From the NCBI RefSeq assembly GCF_988242995.1, contig NZ_OZ547043.1: a DNA stretch of 64,000 bases; one strand, given 5' to 3'. The notes below the pieces were generated by a model. It saw only the letters and a program-made list of their open reading frames with translations, ran no database searches and was not told the DNA's origin. Position numbers and translations under genes: made by a program. Positions 24,863 to 34,015 of the stretch are shown here, piece by piece (position 1 is the stretch's first letter; each line of letters opens with the position of its first letter).

Positions 24863-25942
24863 TTACAGAACGTCGATCGCGTTCAGTTCCTGGAATGCTT
24901 TTTCCAGACGAGCGATCATCGAAGTCTGACCGGCACGCAGCCATACGCGCGGATCGTAGTATTTCTTGTTCGGCTGATCTTCGCCTTTCGGGTTACCCAG
25001 CTGACCCTGCAGGTAAGCTTCGTTCGCTTTGTAGTAATTCAGAACGCCTTCCCAGGTTGCCCATTGGGTATCGGTATCGATGTTCATTTTCACTACGCCG
25101 TAGCTTACGGAGTCTTTGATTTCCTGAGCAGTAGAACCGGAACCACCGTGGAATACGAAGTTCAGGCTGTTGTGCGGCAGGTTGTGTTTCTTAGAAACAT
25201 ATTCCTGAGAGTCGCGCAGGATGGTCGGAGTCAGAACCACGTTACCCGGCTTGTAAACACCGTGTACGTTACCGAAGGAGGCAGCGATGGTGAAACGCGG
25301 GCTGATTTTGCTCAGCTCGGTATACGCATAATCAACGTCTTCCGGCTGGGTGTACAGTGCAGAAGCGTCCATGTGGCTGTTGTCCACGCCGTCTTCTTCA
25401 CCACCGGTGCAACCCAGTTCGATTTCCAGAGTCATGCCGATTTTGGACATGCGCTCCAGGTATTTAGAGCAGATTTCGATGTTCTCTTGCAGAGATTCTT
25501 CAGACAGGTCGATCATGTGAGAAGAGAACAGCGGCTTGCCGGTAGCTGCGAAGTGTTTTTCACCCGCGTCCAGCAGACCGTCGATCCACGGCAGCAGTTT
25601 CTTCGCGCAGTGGTCGGTGTGCAGGATAACCGGAACACCATAATGTTCAGCCATCTGGTGAACGTGATGCGCACCAGAGATCGCGCCCAGGATAGCAGCA
25701 CCCTGCGGAACGTCAGATTTCACGCCTTTACCAGCGATAAAGGAAGCACCACCGTTGGAGAACTGAACGATAACCGGCGCTTTAACTTTAGCAGCGGTTT
25801 CCAGCACGGCGTTGATGGAGTCAGTACCGACGCAGTTTACTGCTGGCAGTGCGAAGTTGTTTTCTTTTGCTACCTGGAAAACTTTCTGTACGTCATCACC
25901 AGTGATTACGCCAGGTTTTACGAAATCAAAAATCTTAGACAT
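24863..25942 (-). CDS. fbaA: Fructose-bisphosphate aldolase class II, 359 aa
   Basis: MSKIFDFVKPGVITGDDVQKVFQVAKENNFALPAVN...; the track ORF carries a 28-codon upstream extension. Confidence 0.95.
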   Translation of the reverse strand: MSKIFDFVKPGVITGDDVQKVFQVAKENNFALPAVNCVGTDSINAVLETAAKVKAPVIVQFSNGGASFIAGKGVKSDVPQGAAILGAISGAHHVHQMAEHYGVPVILHTDHCAKKLLPWIDGLLDAGEKHFAATGKPLFSSHMIDLSEESLQENIEICSKYLERMSKIGMTLEIELGCTGGEEDGVDNSHMDASALYTQPEDVDYAYTELSKISPRFTIAASFGNVHGVYKPGNVVLTPTILRDSQEYVSKKHNLPHNSLNFVFHGGSGSTAQEIKDSVSYGVVKMNIDTDTQWATWEGVLNYYKANEAYLQGQLGNPKGEDQPNKKYYDPRVWLRAGQTSMIARLEKAFQELNAIDVL

Positions 25943-26156
25943 GTCTCTTGTCCTGTATCGTCGGGCCTTATACTCGTCATACTTCAAGTTGCATGTGCTG
26001 CGTCTGCGTTCGCTCACCTCAGTCACTTACTTATGTAAGCTCATGGGATTCACTCTCTTGTCGCCTTCCTGCAACTCGAATTATTTAGAGTATGAAAAAG
26101 TGCGTGCTTTAAAAGCGCGCTGCAACAAGGGCAGGTTTCCCTGCCCTGTGATTTTT

Positions 26157-27320
26157 TTACTTCTTAGCGCGCTCTTCGAGCATCGCTACTGCAGGCAGTA
26201 CTTTACCTTCCACGAATTCGAGGAATGCACCGCCGCCAGTGGAGATGTAGGAGATTTTGTCAGCAATGCCGAACAGGTCGATTGCTGCCAGAGTGTCGCC
26301 GCCGCCAGCGATGGAGAACGCTTCGCTGTCTGCGATAGCGTTAGCCACGATTTCAGTACCTTTGCGGAAGTTCGGGAATTCGAACACGCCAACCGGACCG
26401 TTCCACAGAATGGTTTTCGCATTCTTCAGGATTTCAGCCAGTTCCTGAGCGGAAGCATCACCGATATCCAGGATCTGCTCGTCAGCTTTCACATCGTTAA
26501 CAGATTTCAGGGTAGCCGGTGCAGTTTCAGAGAACTCAGTTGCTACACGAACATCAGACGGAACCGGGATGTTGCAGGTGGTCAGCAGACGTTTTGCTTC
26601 GTCAACCAGATCAGCTTCGTACAGGGATTTACCCACATCGTGGCCTTGTGCCGCGATAAAGGTGTTAGCGATACCACCACCAACAATCAGCTGGTCAGCG
26701 ATTTTAGACAGGGAGTCCAGAACGGTCAGTTTGGTAGATACTTTAGAACCACCAACGATAGCCACCATCGGGCGAGCAGGTTCTTTCAGTGCTTTACCCA
26801 GCGCGTCCAGTTCAGCTGCCAGCAGCGGGCCTGCGCACGCAACATCAGCGAATTTACCGATACCGTGAGTAGAAGCCTGCGCGCGGTGAGCAGTACCGAA
26901 TGCGTCCATTACGAACACGTCACACAGTGCAGCGTATTTTTTGGACAGGGTTTCGTCGTCTTTCTTCTCGCCTTTGTTGAAGCGAACGTTTTCCAGAACA
27001 ACCAGTTCACCTTCAGCAACGTCAACGCCGTCGAGGTAATCTTTAACCAGACGAACCGGGTTAGACAGTTTGTCTTTCAGGTAGTTAACAACCGGCAGCA
27101 GAGAGAATTCTTCGTTGTACTCGCCTTCGGTAGGACGACCCAGGTGGGAAGTTACCATCACTTTTGCGCCTTGTTTCAGGGCAAGTTCGATGGTCGGCAG
27201 AGAAGCACGGATACGCGCATCGCTGGTTACTTTCCCGTCTTTTACTGGTACGTTCAGATCCGCACGGATAAATACACGTTTCCCAGCAAGATCCAGATCG
27301 GTCATCTTAATTACAGACAT
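26157..27320 (-). CDS. pgk: Phosphoglycerate kinase, 387 aa
   Basis: [37 protein letters not shown]... matches Pgk. Confidence 0.95.
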
Positions 27321-27369
27321 GGTGAATCCTCTCGTTGATTCTAAAAGTTTTGCAGACGCTGCTTGCGTC

Positions 27370-28389
27370 TTACCTGAAAGCAACAGTAGCCATAGCTAAC
27401 GTCGTGTCGAGCATTCTGTTAGCAAAGCCCCATTCGTTATCGCACCAGACCAACGTTTTGATCAGGTGTGCGCCACTGACCCGGGTTTGGGTGCCATCGA
27501 CAATGGCACTGTGCGGATCGTGGTTAAAATCTACAGAGACCAACGGCAATTCCGTATAGTCAACTATACCATGAAATGCACCTTGTGCTGCTTTTTGCAG
27601 CAACAGGTTGACTTCATTGGCTTTTACAGGTTTCTTCACCGTCACGCTTAAATCGATTGCCGTCACATTTATGGTTGGCACACGTACCGCAATCGCTTCA
27701 AAGCGATCGTTAAATTGCGGAAAAAATCGTGTGATACCGGCGGCCAGTTTAGTATCGACCGGAATGATCGACTGGCTGGCTGCCCGGGTGCGACGCAGGT
27801 CAGGATGGTATGCATCAATAACCTGTTGATCGTGCATGGCGGAGTGAATTGTGGTCACAGTGCCGGACTCAATACCGTACGCATCATCTAACAATTTGAT
27901 GACGGGAATTATGCAATTCGTGGTACAGGAAGCGTTAGAAACGATGCGGTGTTCCGCACGAAGTTGATCCTGATTGACGCCGTAAACAACGGTCGCGTCG
28001 AGATCGTTACTGCCAGGATGTGAAAAGAGCACTTTTTTGGCCCCGGCGGCAATATGCGCTTCGCCATGCTCGCGGGAGCCATATACGCCGGTGCAGTCGA
28101 GGACTACATCAACGCCAAGTTCACGCCAGGGGAGCGATTGCAGTGAATGTTCATGCAATACACGGATGGCGTCATCACCAACAAAAAGTTGATCGCGTTC
28201 CTGTCGTACTTCCCATGCAAAACGGCCATGGCTGGTGTCATATTTCAACAAATGCGCCATGCCCGCAGCATCCGCCAGTTCGTTGATTGCCACCACGGTA
28301 ATTTCCGCCCGGCGTCTGGATTCATACAAAGCACGAACCACATTACGCCCGATGCGACCGAAGCCATTTATCGCTACGCGTACGGTCAT
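27370..28389 (-). CDS. epd: D-erythrose-4-phosphate dehydrogenase, 339 aa
   Basis: [24 protein letters not shown]...; GAPDH family; the track ORF carries a 28-codon upstream extension. Confidence 0.95.
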
Positions 28390-28511
28390 AGATCTCCTGC
28401 AAGGTTTTCCCTGAGCAAATTTGCCAGACAGAGTAATCCAGCAAATCGTTCGGGGAAACCTTACCTGTCGCAAACTGCGACTGATTGGTTAATTGTCGAA
28501 CATTTAATCGA

Positions 28512-28525
28512 CTGAAACGCTTCAG
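28512..28525. promoter_or_regulatory. Cra(FruR)-like operator half-palindrome in the epd / ECF-operon divergent control region
   Basis: CTGAAACGCTTCAG resembles the TGAAACGTTTCA-type Cra consensus, about 125 bp upstream of the epd start. Confidence 0.3.
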
Positions 28526-28760
28526 CTAGGATAAGCGAAACGTGGAATAAAAGGAATGATTGTCCAGTCAAAGAAGACAATTATCTGACTTACGTCACGT
28601 TTTCAGCCCCGCCCCTGTGGAATTTATTCCACTTTGCAGAATCACGAATAAGCGTAGCAAAATCTTTTCGTTGTGCCGTCACAAACCCTGACTTATATCA
28701 GAATATGACTGATGCAGCGTCGATATTATCCGCAATACGTCCGAGTTTCGGAGTACTCCA

Positions 28761-29192
28761 ATGATGACATTGCCCTACCCATATTCTTCCTCCGCACGTT
28801 TTTACGCGCTGCGCCTGCTCCCCGGGCAGGAAGTTCTCTCCCAATTACGCGCCTTCGCGCAGCAACAACAACTTCACGCCGCGTGGATTGCAGGTTGTAC
28901 CGGCAGTCTGACTGACGTCGCCTTACGCTATGCCGGGCAAGAAAACACTGCCCTGCTAAGCGGTAAGTTCGAAGTCATCGCATTGAACGGCACGCTGGAA
29001 CAGAGTGGTGAACATCTTCATCTCTGCGTTTCCGATCCACACGGCACGATGCTTGGCGGTCATATGATGCCCGGCTGTACCGTGCGGACCACGCTTGAAC
29101 TGGTGATCGGCTGCCTTGAGGAACTGGCGTTTAGCCGCCAGCCTTGCGCGCTTTCTGGTTACGACGAGTTGCATATTTCCCCCGTTAACTAA
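28761..29192 (+). CDS. PPC/DUF296 domain protein, 143 aa, first gene of the ECF operon
   Basis: GGAG 8-11 nt upstream of the ATG; ...HLHLCVSDPHGTMLGGHMMPGCTVRTTLELVI resembles the PPC (PF03479-type) fold. Confidence 0.65.
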   Translation: MMTLPYPYSSSARFYALRLLPGQEVLSQLRAFAQQQQLHAAWIAGCTGSLTDVALRYAGQENTALLSGKFEVIALNGTLEQSGEHLHLCVSDPHGTMLGGHMMPGCTVRTTLELVIGCLEELAFSRQPCALSGYDELHISPVN

Positions 29193-29214
29193 CTATTTTC
29201 AGAGAGGTTTTCTT

Positions 29215-29793
29215 ATGGCGCGTCGCCACTTTTCCAGTCAGGCGCTGGTGTTAATCGTTATATCTATCGCCATCAATATGATCGGCGGGCAACTGGCCAG
29301 CATGGTCAAATTACCTATATTTCTCGACTCCGTCGGCACACTTATTAGCGCGGTACTGCTTGGTCCGGTGATCGGGATGCTGACCGGCTTACTGACCAAT
29401 TTACTCTGGGGATTGCTGACCGACCCGATCGCCGCCGCATTTGCGCCCGTCGCGATGGTCATCGGCCTGGTCACCGGTTGGCTGGCGCGAGCGGGTTGGT
29501 TCCGCACCCTGCCAAAAGTCGTTGTTAGCGGCGTGATTATTACGCTTGCGGTAACGGTCGTCGCTGTACCGCTGCGTACTGCGCTGTTCGGCGGCGTGAC
29601 AGGAAGCGGAGCCGATTTGTTCGTTGCCTGGATGCACTCGATGGGGCAAAACCTGGTGGAGTCGGTGGCGATTACGGTGATAGGCGCGAACCTGGTCGAT
29701 AAAATTCTCACAGCGGTGATTGTCTGGCTTTTACTGCGTCAGCTGCCGATTCGCACCACGCGCCATTTCCCGGCAATGGCTGCCGTGCGCTAA
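29215..29793 (+). CDS. ECF transporter substrate-capture (S) component, 192 aa, substrate unknown
   Basis: AGAGAGG Shine-Dalgarno before the ATG; small polytopic protein with LPIFLDSVGTLISAVLLGPVIGMLTGLL, the loop motif typical of S components. Confidence 0.65.
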   Translation: MARRHFSSQALVLIVISIAINMIGGQLASMVKLPIFLDSVGTLISAVLLGPVIGMLTGLLTNLLWGLLTDPIAAAFAPVAMVIGLVTGWLARAGWFRTLPKVVVSGVIITLAVTVVAVPLRTALFGGVTGSGADLFVAWMHSMGQNLVESVAITVIGANLVDKILTAVIVWLLLRQLPIRTTRHFPAMAAVR

Positions 29794-30501
29794 ATGCATC
29801 CGTTTACATCCTTAACGCTGTGGGCGCTGGCGGCCTGCACCACGCTTATCCTGCCCACACAGACAATATTGCCAGTCTATAGCGCGGCGACCTTTTTCTG
29901 CCTTATTGCGCTAAAGGCCACGCGGCGGCGGGCAAAATATGTCGTCTGGCTGATGTTCTCGCTGGGGGCTGGACTGTGGTTGGTACACGGTGGCTGGCTG
30001 ACAGAATGGCTAAGCGGCACGCCACGCTCGCCAGAACGGTGGACGCATGCTATTACGCTCTGGTTGCGGATTCTGGCGATTGTTTCAACCTCGCAGTTGT
30101 GGATGCAGTACGTCCCAGTGCAACGTTTTATCCGCGCTTTGTTTGCTTCTCACCTGCCGCCGGGCGTCGCTTATCTGTTCGCCGGGCCGTTGTTGGTCGT
30201 TGAGCAGTTAAAACGGCAATTAGCGATTATTCATGAAGCGCAGCGCGCCCGCGGCGTGCCGCTGGATGAGGGCTGGTATCAGCGTTTACGTGCTATGCCC
30301 GCGCTAATTATTCCGCTAACACACAATGCGCTAAACGATCTGGCTATCCGTGGTGCGGCGCTGGATATGCGGGCATTTCGAATCAACAATAGGCGCACTA
30401 CGTTATGGGCACCAGCCGATAGCACCCTACAACGCGTAGCACGTTACACCATGATCTTGCTGATGCTGGCAGAATTCGGAGCGTGGATATGGTTACGTTA
30501 G
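29794..30501 (+). CDS. ECF transporter transmembrane (T) component, EcfT/CbiQ family, 235 aa
   Basis: ATG directly abuts the S-component stop (TAAATG); polytopic; ARG and IRG coupling-helix motifs. Confidence 0.65.
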   Translation: MHPFTSLTLWALAACTTLILPTQTILPVYSAATFFCLIALKATRRRAKYVVWLMFSLGAGLWLVHGGWLTEWLSGTPRSPERWTHAITLWLRILAIVSTSQLWMQYVPVQRFIRALFASHLPPGVAYLFAGPLLVVEQLKRQLAIIHEAQRARGVPLDEGWYQRLRAMPALIIPLTHNALNDLAIRGAALDMRAFRINNRRTTLWAPADSTLQRVARYTMILLMLAEFGAWIWLR

Positions 30502-31166
30502 AACAGTTCCGCTATTGCCCGACACACTCAACGCATCCTCCGTTCTGTTATGACTTTCACTATGTCAAACCGGGGATGGTCGCCATCTTTGGTGACAACG
30601 GCAGTGGCAAAAGTACGCTGGCGCAGCTGATGGCGGGCTGGTATCCGGACTTTCTACCAGGAGAGATAACCGGCACGGGGACGCTTCTCGGTACGCCCAT
30701 TGGGCGTCTCCCGCTTAATGAACAATCCGCCACCATCCAGCTCGTCCAGCAATCGCCCTATTTGCAGCTCTCCGGCTGTACCTTTAGCGTGGAAGAAGAA
30801 GTTGCCTTTGGGCCAGAAAATCTGTGTCTTGCTGAAAAAGAGATTATGGCGCGGATTGACGCCGCCCTGGCCCTGACCGAGTGCCAGCCGTTGCGCCATC
30901 GTCACCCGGCAACACTCTCCGGTGGAGAGACACAGCGCGTGGTCATCGCCTGCGCCATCGCGATGCAGCCAAAACTCTTAATTCTTGATGAAGCCTTTAG
31001 CCGCCTGACGCCGCAGGCCAGCGAAATGCTGTTGCAGCGCTTACAACACTGGGCGTCTGAACGTGGTTCGCTGATTATTCTTTTTGAACGTCATCGCACA
31101 CCTTTCCTGAACTACTGCCAGCAAGCGTGGCTATTGCAAAACGGAGCGCTCCAGCCACTATGTTAA
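30489..31166 (+). CDS. ECF transporter ATPase component A, ABC-type, about 225 aa
   Basis: Walker A GDNGSGKST, signature LSGGE, Walker B LLILDEA; start overlaps the T gene (a GTG at 30483 is an alternative start). Confidence 0.75.
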   Translation: MVTLEQFRYCPTHSTHPPFCYDFHYVKPGMVAIFGDNGSGKSTLAQLMAGWYPDFLPGEITGTGTLLGTPIGRLPLNEQSATIQLVQQSPYLQLSGCTFSVEEEVAFGPENLCLAEKEIMARIDAALALTECQPLRHRHPATLSGGETQRVVIACAIAMQPKLLILDEAFSRLTPQASEMLLQRLQHWASERGSLIILFERHRTPFLNYCQQAWLLQNGALQPLC

Positions 31167-31837
31167 CGTTAAATCAGATAACTTATCGCTGGCCTGGCGC
31201 GGCAACGGATTGTCTTTGCGACATTTCTCTGCAACTCAAACAAGGTGAATGGTTGGCGCTGACCGGCGACAATGGCGCGGGAAAATCGACGCTGTTACGA
31301 GTAATGGCAGGTCTTCTTACGCCCACAACCGGTACGGTTATGCTGCAACAACAGGCGATGAAAAACCTGAAAAACCGCCAACGTGCAGCAAAGATTGGCG
31401 TACTGTTTCAGGAAGCGGAAAACCAGCTTTTTCACAGCACCGTCGCCGACGAGATCGCATTTGGTTTGAAACTGCAAAAATGCCCGGCGGATGAAATCAC
31501 TCAACGTACCAATGCTGCCCTGCAATGCTGTCAGTTAGCAGACACTGCCAGCGCGCATCCGCTGGATCTGCATAGTGCGCAGCGACGGATGGTCGCCGTC
31601 GCCTGCCTGGAAGCACTCTCTCCGCCGCTATTGCTGCTGGACGAGCCGAGTCGGGATTTTGACGAAAATTGGTTGAGCGTGTTTGAACGCTGGCTGGAAA
31701 AGTGCCGCCAGCGAGGCACGAGCGTCGTAGCAATCAGTCATGACGCCGCATTTACCCGGCGTCATTTCTCTCGTGTGGTGCGACTGGAAGATGGTGTAAT
31801 CAGGAACGTTAATCCACCAGACGATATTCACCCGTAG
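31160..31837 (+). CDS. ECF transporter ATPase component A', ABC-type, 225 aa
   Basis: Walker A GDNGAGKST, Walker B LLLLDEP, H-loop SHD, signature degenerate (LHSAQ); ATG overlaps the component A stop (ATGTTAA). Confidence 0.75.
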   Translation: MLTLNQITYRWPGAATDCLCDISLQLKQGEWLALTGDNGAGKSTLLRVMAGLLTPTTGTVMLQQQAMKNLKNRQRAAKIGVLFQEAENQLFHSTVADEIAFGLKLQKCPADEITQRTNAALQCCQLADTASAHPLDLHSAQRRMVAVACLEALSPPLLLLDEPSRDFDENWLSVFERWLEKCRQRGTSVVAISHDAAFTRRHFSRVVRLEDGVIRNVNPPDDIHP

Positions 31838-32522
31838 CGGTCATCATTAAGGTCAAATTTGCAGGCAGACTCTCTTCCAGCACCCGGCGAACATTCGGCC
31901 CGTCGGTACGGTCATAAAAGTCTTCTGCGTCTGCCAGCGATAACCCTCCCGCCAGCTTTCGCCCCACCAGTCGTTCCCGCAACGCAGTAGCTGGCGCGTT
32001 GATAAAGATAGAGAAATCACAAAATTGCGCAAGCTGGCACCACTTCTCGTCGTCCAGCAACAACCAGTTTCCTTCGACGATGACGAGTGGTGCGGTAACG
32101 TGCAGCGCATCTTCAACAGGATCATGCTTTTGTCGATCGTACTGCGGCCACGTACAATCCCCTTCCACGACCTGGCGCAGATTTTCCGCCAGTTTCGCAA
32201 CGTCAAATGTCTCTGGTGCGCCTTTGAAGGGGCGCAATTGATGCGCATCCAGCCAGCTATTGTAATGGTGAAAACCATCCATCGGTAGCGTCTGAATAGC
32301 GGGCAGTTCCGGGTCTTGTTGCGCGATATATTCCCAGAAGGTGGTTAGGGTAGATTTACCCGTCCCCGGCGGAGCGCAAAGAAAAACCACCGTACGCCGC
32401 TGCGGATTTACCGTCTGTAAGGCCGCCAACATGTGCAGCAACGGTTTATGTACATTTTCAATCTCTTCGTTCTGGTACTGTGCCTGTATCTTCAGCCCAT
32501 TCACCGTTAATTCAATTTTCAC
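31809..32522 (-). CDS. yggC: P-loop nucleoside/pantothenate-kinase-like protein YggC, 237 aa
   Basis: Walker A APPGTGKST; matches YggC. Confidence 0.85.
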   Translation of the reverse strand: MKIELTVNGLKIQAQYQNEEIENVHKPLLHMLAALQTVNPQRRTVVFLCAPPGTGKSTLTTFWEYIAQQDPELPAIQTLPMDGFHHYNSWLDAHQLRPFKGAPETFDVAKLAENLRQVVEGDCTWPQYDRQKHDPVEDALHVTAPLVIVEGNWLLLDDEKWCQLAQFCDFSIFINAPATALRERLVGRKLAGGLSLADAEDFYDRTDGPNVRRVLEESLPANLTLMMTATGEYRLVD

Positions 32523-33028
32523 GGCGTTAATTCCTTTAAGGTGGTCGTTACTGCCAGCGTCAGCGCCGTTTTGACCATCCCGCTAAAACGCGCCTCTGAC
32601 CAGACGGCGAAATCGGCGAACTTCATCGCTTTCAATGCGTCATAGAGCGTCGCATTGCGGGTTATACTATTGACGTTGCTGATAAAATCCCAGGTCATGT
32701 CATCGGCAAATCCGGGCGTTTCATCCTGTTCGTTCAGGTAATGCCAGAACTGGGAAAAATGCGTGATATCGGCGTACAGCCATTTATCCATTTTCCCCAG
32801 CGCATAAATCAAACGCAGCGCAACATCAATATCGTCAAGCGGGCCGCTTTGGGCGAGTAACGGCTTCACTGCATATTCCACGATCTCTTCATCGTTATCG
32901 ACAAACAGCGACGGCAGAAACTGGCGTATCCCCTGGAGCAAAATGGTATGCGCAGTTTTCATAAATGAAAATAAATTGTCCTGTGCATCCAGTTGCTCAA
33001 GCACATCATCTTCTGTCAGCGTCGCCAT
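32519..33028 (-). CDS. yggD: YggD (MtlR-like / FumE family), 169 aa
   Basis: MATLTEDDVLEQLDAQDNLFSFMKTAHTILLQGIRQF... matches YggD. Confidence 0.85.
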   Translation of the reverse strand: MATLTEDDVLEQLDAQDNLFSFMKTAHTILLQGIRQFLPSLFVDNDEEIVEYAVKPLLAQSGPLDDIDVALRLIYALGKMDKWLYADITHFSQFWHYLNEQDETPGFADDMTWDFISNVNSITRNATLYDALKAMKFADFAVWSEARFSGMVKTALTLAVTTTLKELTP

Positions 33029-33049
33029 TGGTCTTCCGATAGATCACCA

Positions 33050-34015
33050 TCAATGCAGGGAGTCTATTATATTACACGTTTGGTCCGCGCCGCCGATCAG
33101 TAATGTCTGCGTCCGCACCCCATTCGCCGTCTGTTGGATACCGTTCACCAGCTCACCGCCCGTCACGCCCGTAGCGCTAAAGAGGATATCGTTCCCCCTC
33201 ACCAGTTCATCGAGCGAGTACACACGGTTAACGTCAACGCCCATTGCCTTGCAACGCTTGCGCTCCTGCTCTGCAATCTGCCGATTTTCCGTGTAATCCC
33301 CTTTAGCCTGACAAAAGTCAATCAGCTGGGCCTGCATATCCCCGCCTAATGCTTTAACGGCACAGGCAGAAATCACGCCTTCTGGCGCACCGCCGATGGT
33401 GTACATCACATCGTAAGGATTATCCTGCCAGCAGGTCAGCACGCTGGCGGCGACATCGCCATCCGGCAGAGCGAAAACCTTCACGCCCAGCTGTGTTGCT
33501 TCTTCAATCGCGGCACTCAGGCGCGGTTTATCCAGCGTAACCATGCGCAGCTTGTCCAGCGGTTTGCCTAACGCTTTCGCCACGTTGCGCAGGTTGTCCA
33601 CCAGGGGCAAAGACAGATCAATCGCGCCCGCCGCCAGCCGATTAACAACCAGTTTTTTCATATACATATCGGGAGCGTGTAGCAGGCTGCCTCGTGGGGC
33701 GAAGGCCATGACTGCCAGCGCATTGCTCTGTCCCATCGCCACCATCCGCGTACCTTCAATGGGATCAACCGCGATATCGACTTCTGGCCCATCGCCTTTG
33801 CCCACCTCTTCGCCAATCCACAGCATCGGCGCATGGTCAATCTCTCCCTCGCCGATAACCACTCGCCCACGAAAAGCGACGTCGTTTAATGCCTGGCGCA
33901 TCGCGGTGACCGCCAGGCCATCAATTTTATTTTTGTCGCCACATCCGGTTTGCGGCCAGGCAGCCAACGCTGCCTGTTCCGTAACGCGAAATAATGGCCA
34001 CGCCAGGGACATCAT
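33050..34015 (-). CDS. yggF: Fructose-1,6-bisphosphatase class II (GlpX paralog), 321 aa
   Basis: MMSLAWPLFRVTEQAALAAWPQTGCGDKNKIDGLAV... GlpX family. Confidence 0.9.
   Translation of the reverse strand: MMSLAWPLFRVTEQAALAAWPQTGCGDKNKIDGLAVTAMRQALNDVAFRGRVVIGEGEIDHAPMLWIGEEVGKGDGPEVDIAVDPIEGTRMVAMGQSNALAVMAFAPRGSLLHAPDMYMKKLVVNRLAAGAIDLSLPLVDNLRNVAKALGKPLDKLRMVTLDKPRLSAAIEEATQLGVKVFALPDGDVAASVLTCWQDNPYDVMYTIGGAPEGVISACAVKALGGDMQAQLIDFCQAKGDYTENRQIAEQERKRCKAMGVDVNRVYSLDELVRGNDILFSATGVTGGELVNGIQQTANGVRTQTLLIGGADQTCNIIDSLH

Noticed and set aside
26121-26160. Hairpin gggcagg-tttc-cctgccc plus T7 as a plus-strand terminator downstream of the pgk stop
   Set aside because: No plus-strand gene ends here and the minus-strand reading lacks a T-run; function unclear, so not called.
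25064-27338. Long plus-strand ORFs of 324 and 508 aa opposite fbaA and pgk
   Set aside because: Antisense shadow ORFs of highly expressed glycolytic genes; no Shine-Dalgarno sequence and no protein-like composition.
29116-29214. Upstream extension of the ECF S-component ORF into the PPC gene
   Set aside because: No Shine-Dalgarno sequence, and it overlaps the PPC gene in another frame; the ATG at 29215 with AGAGAGG upstream is the credible start.
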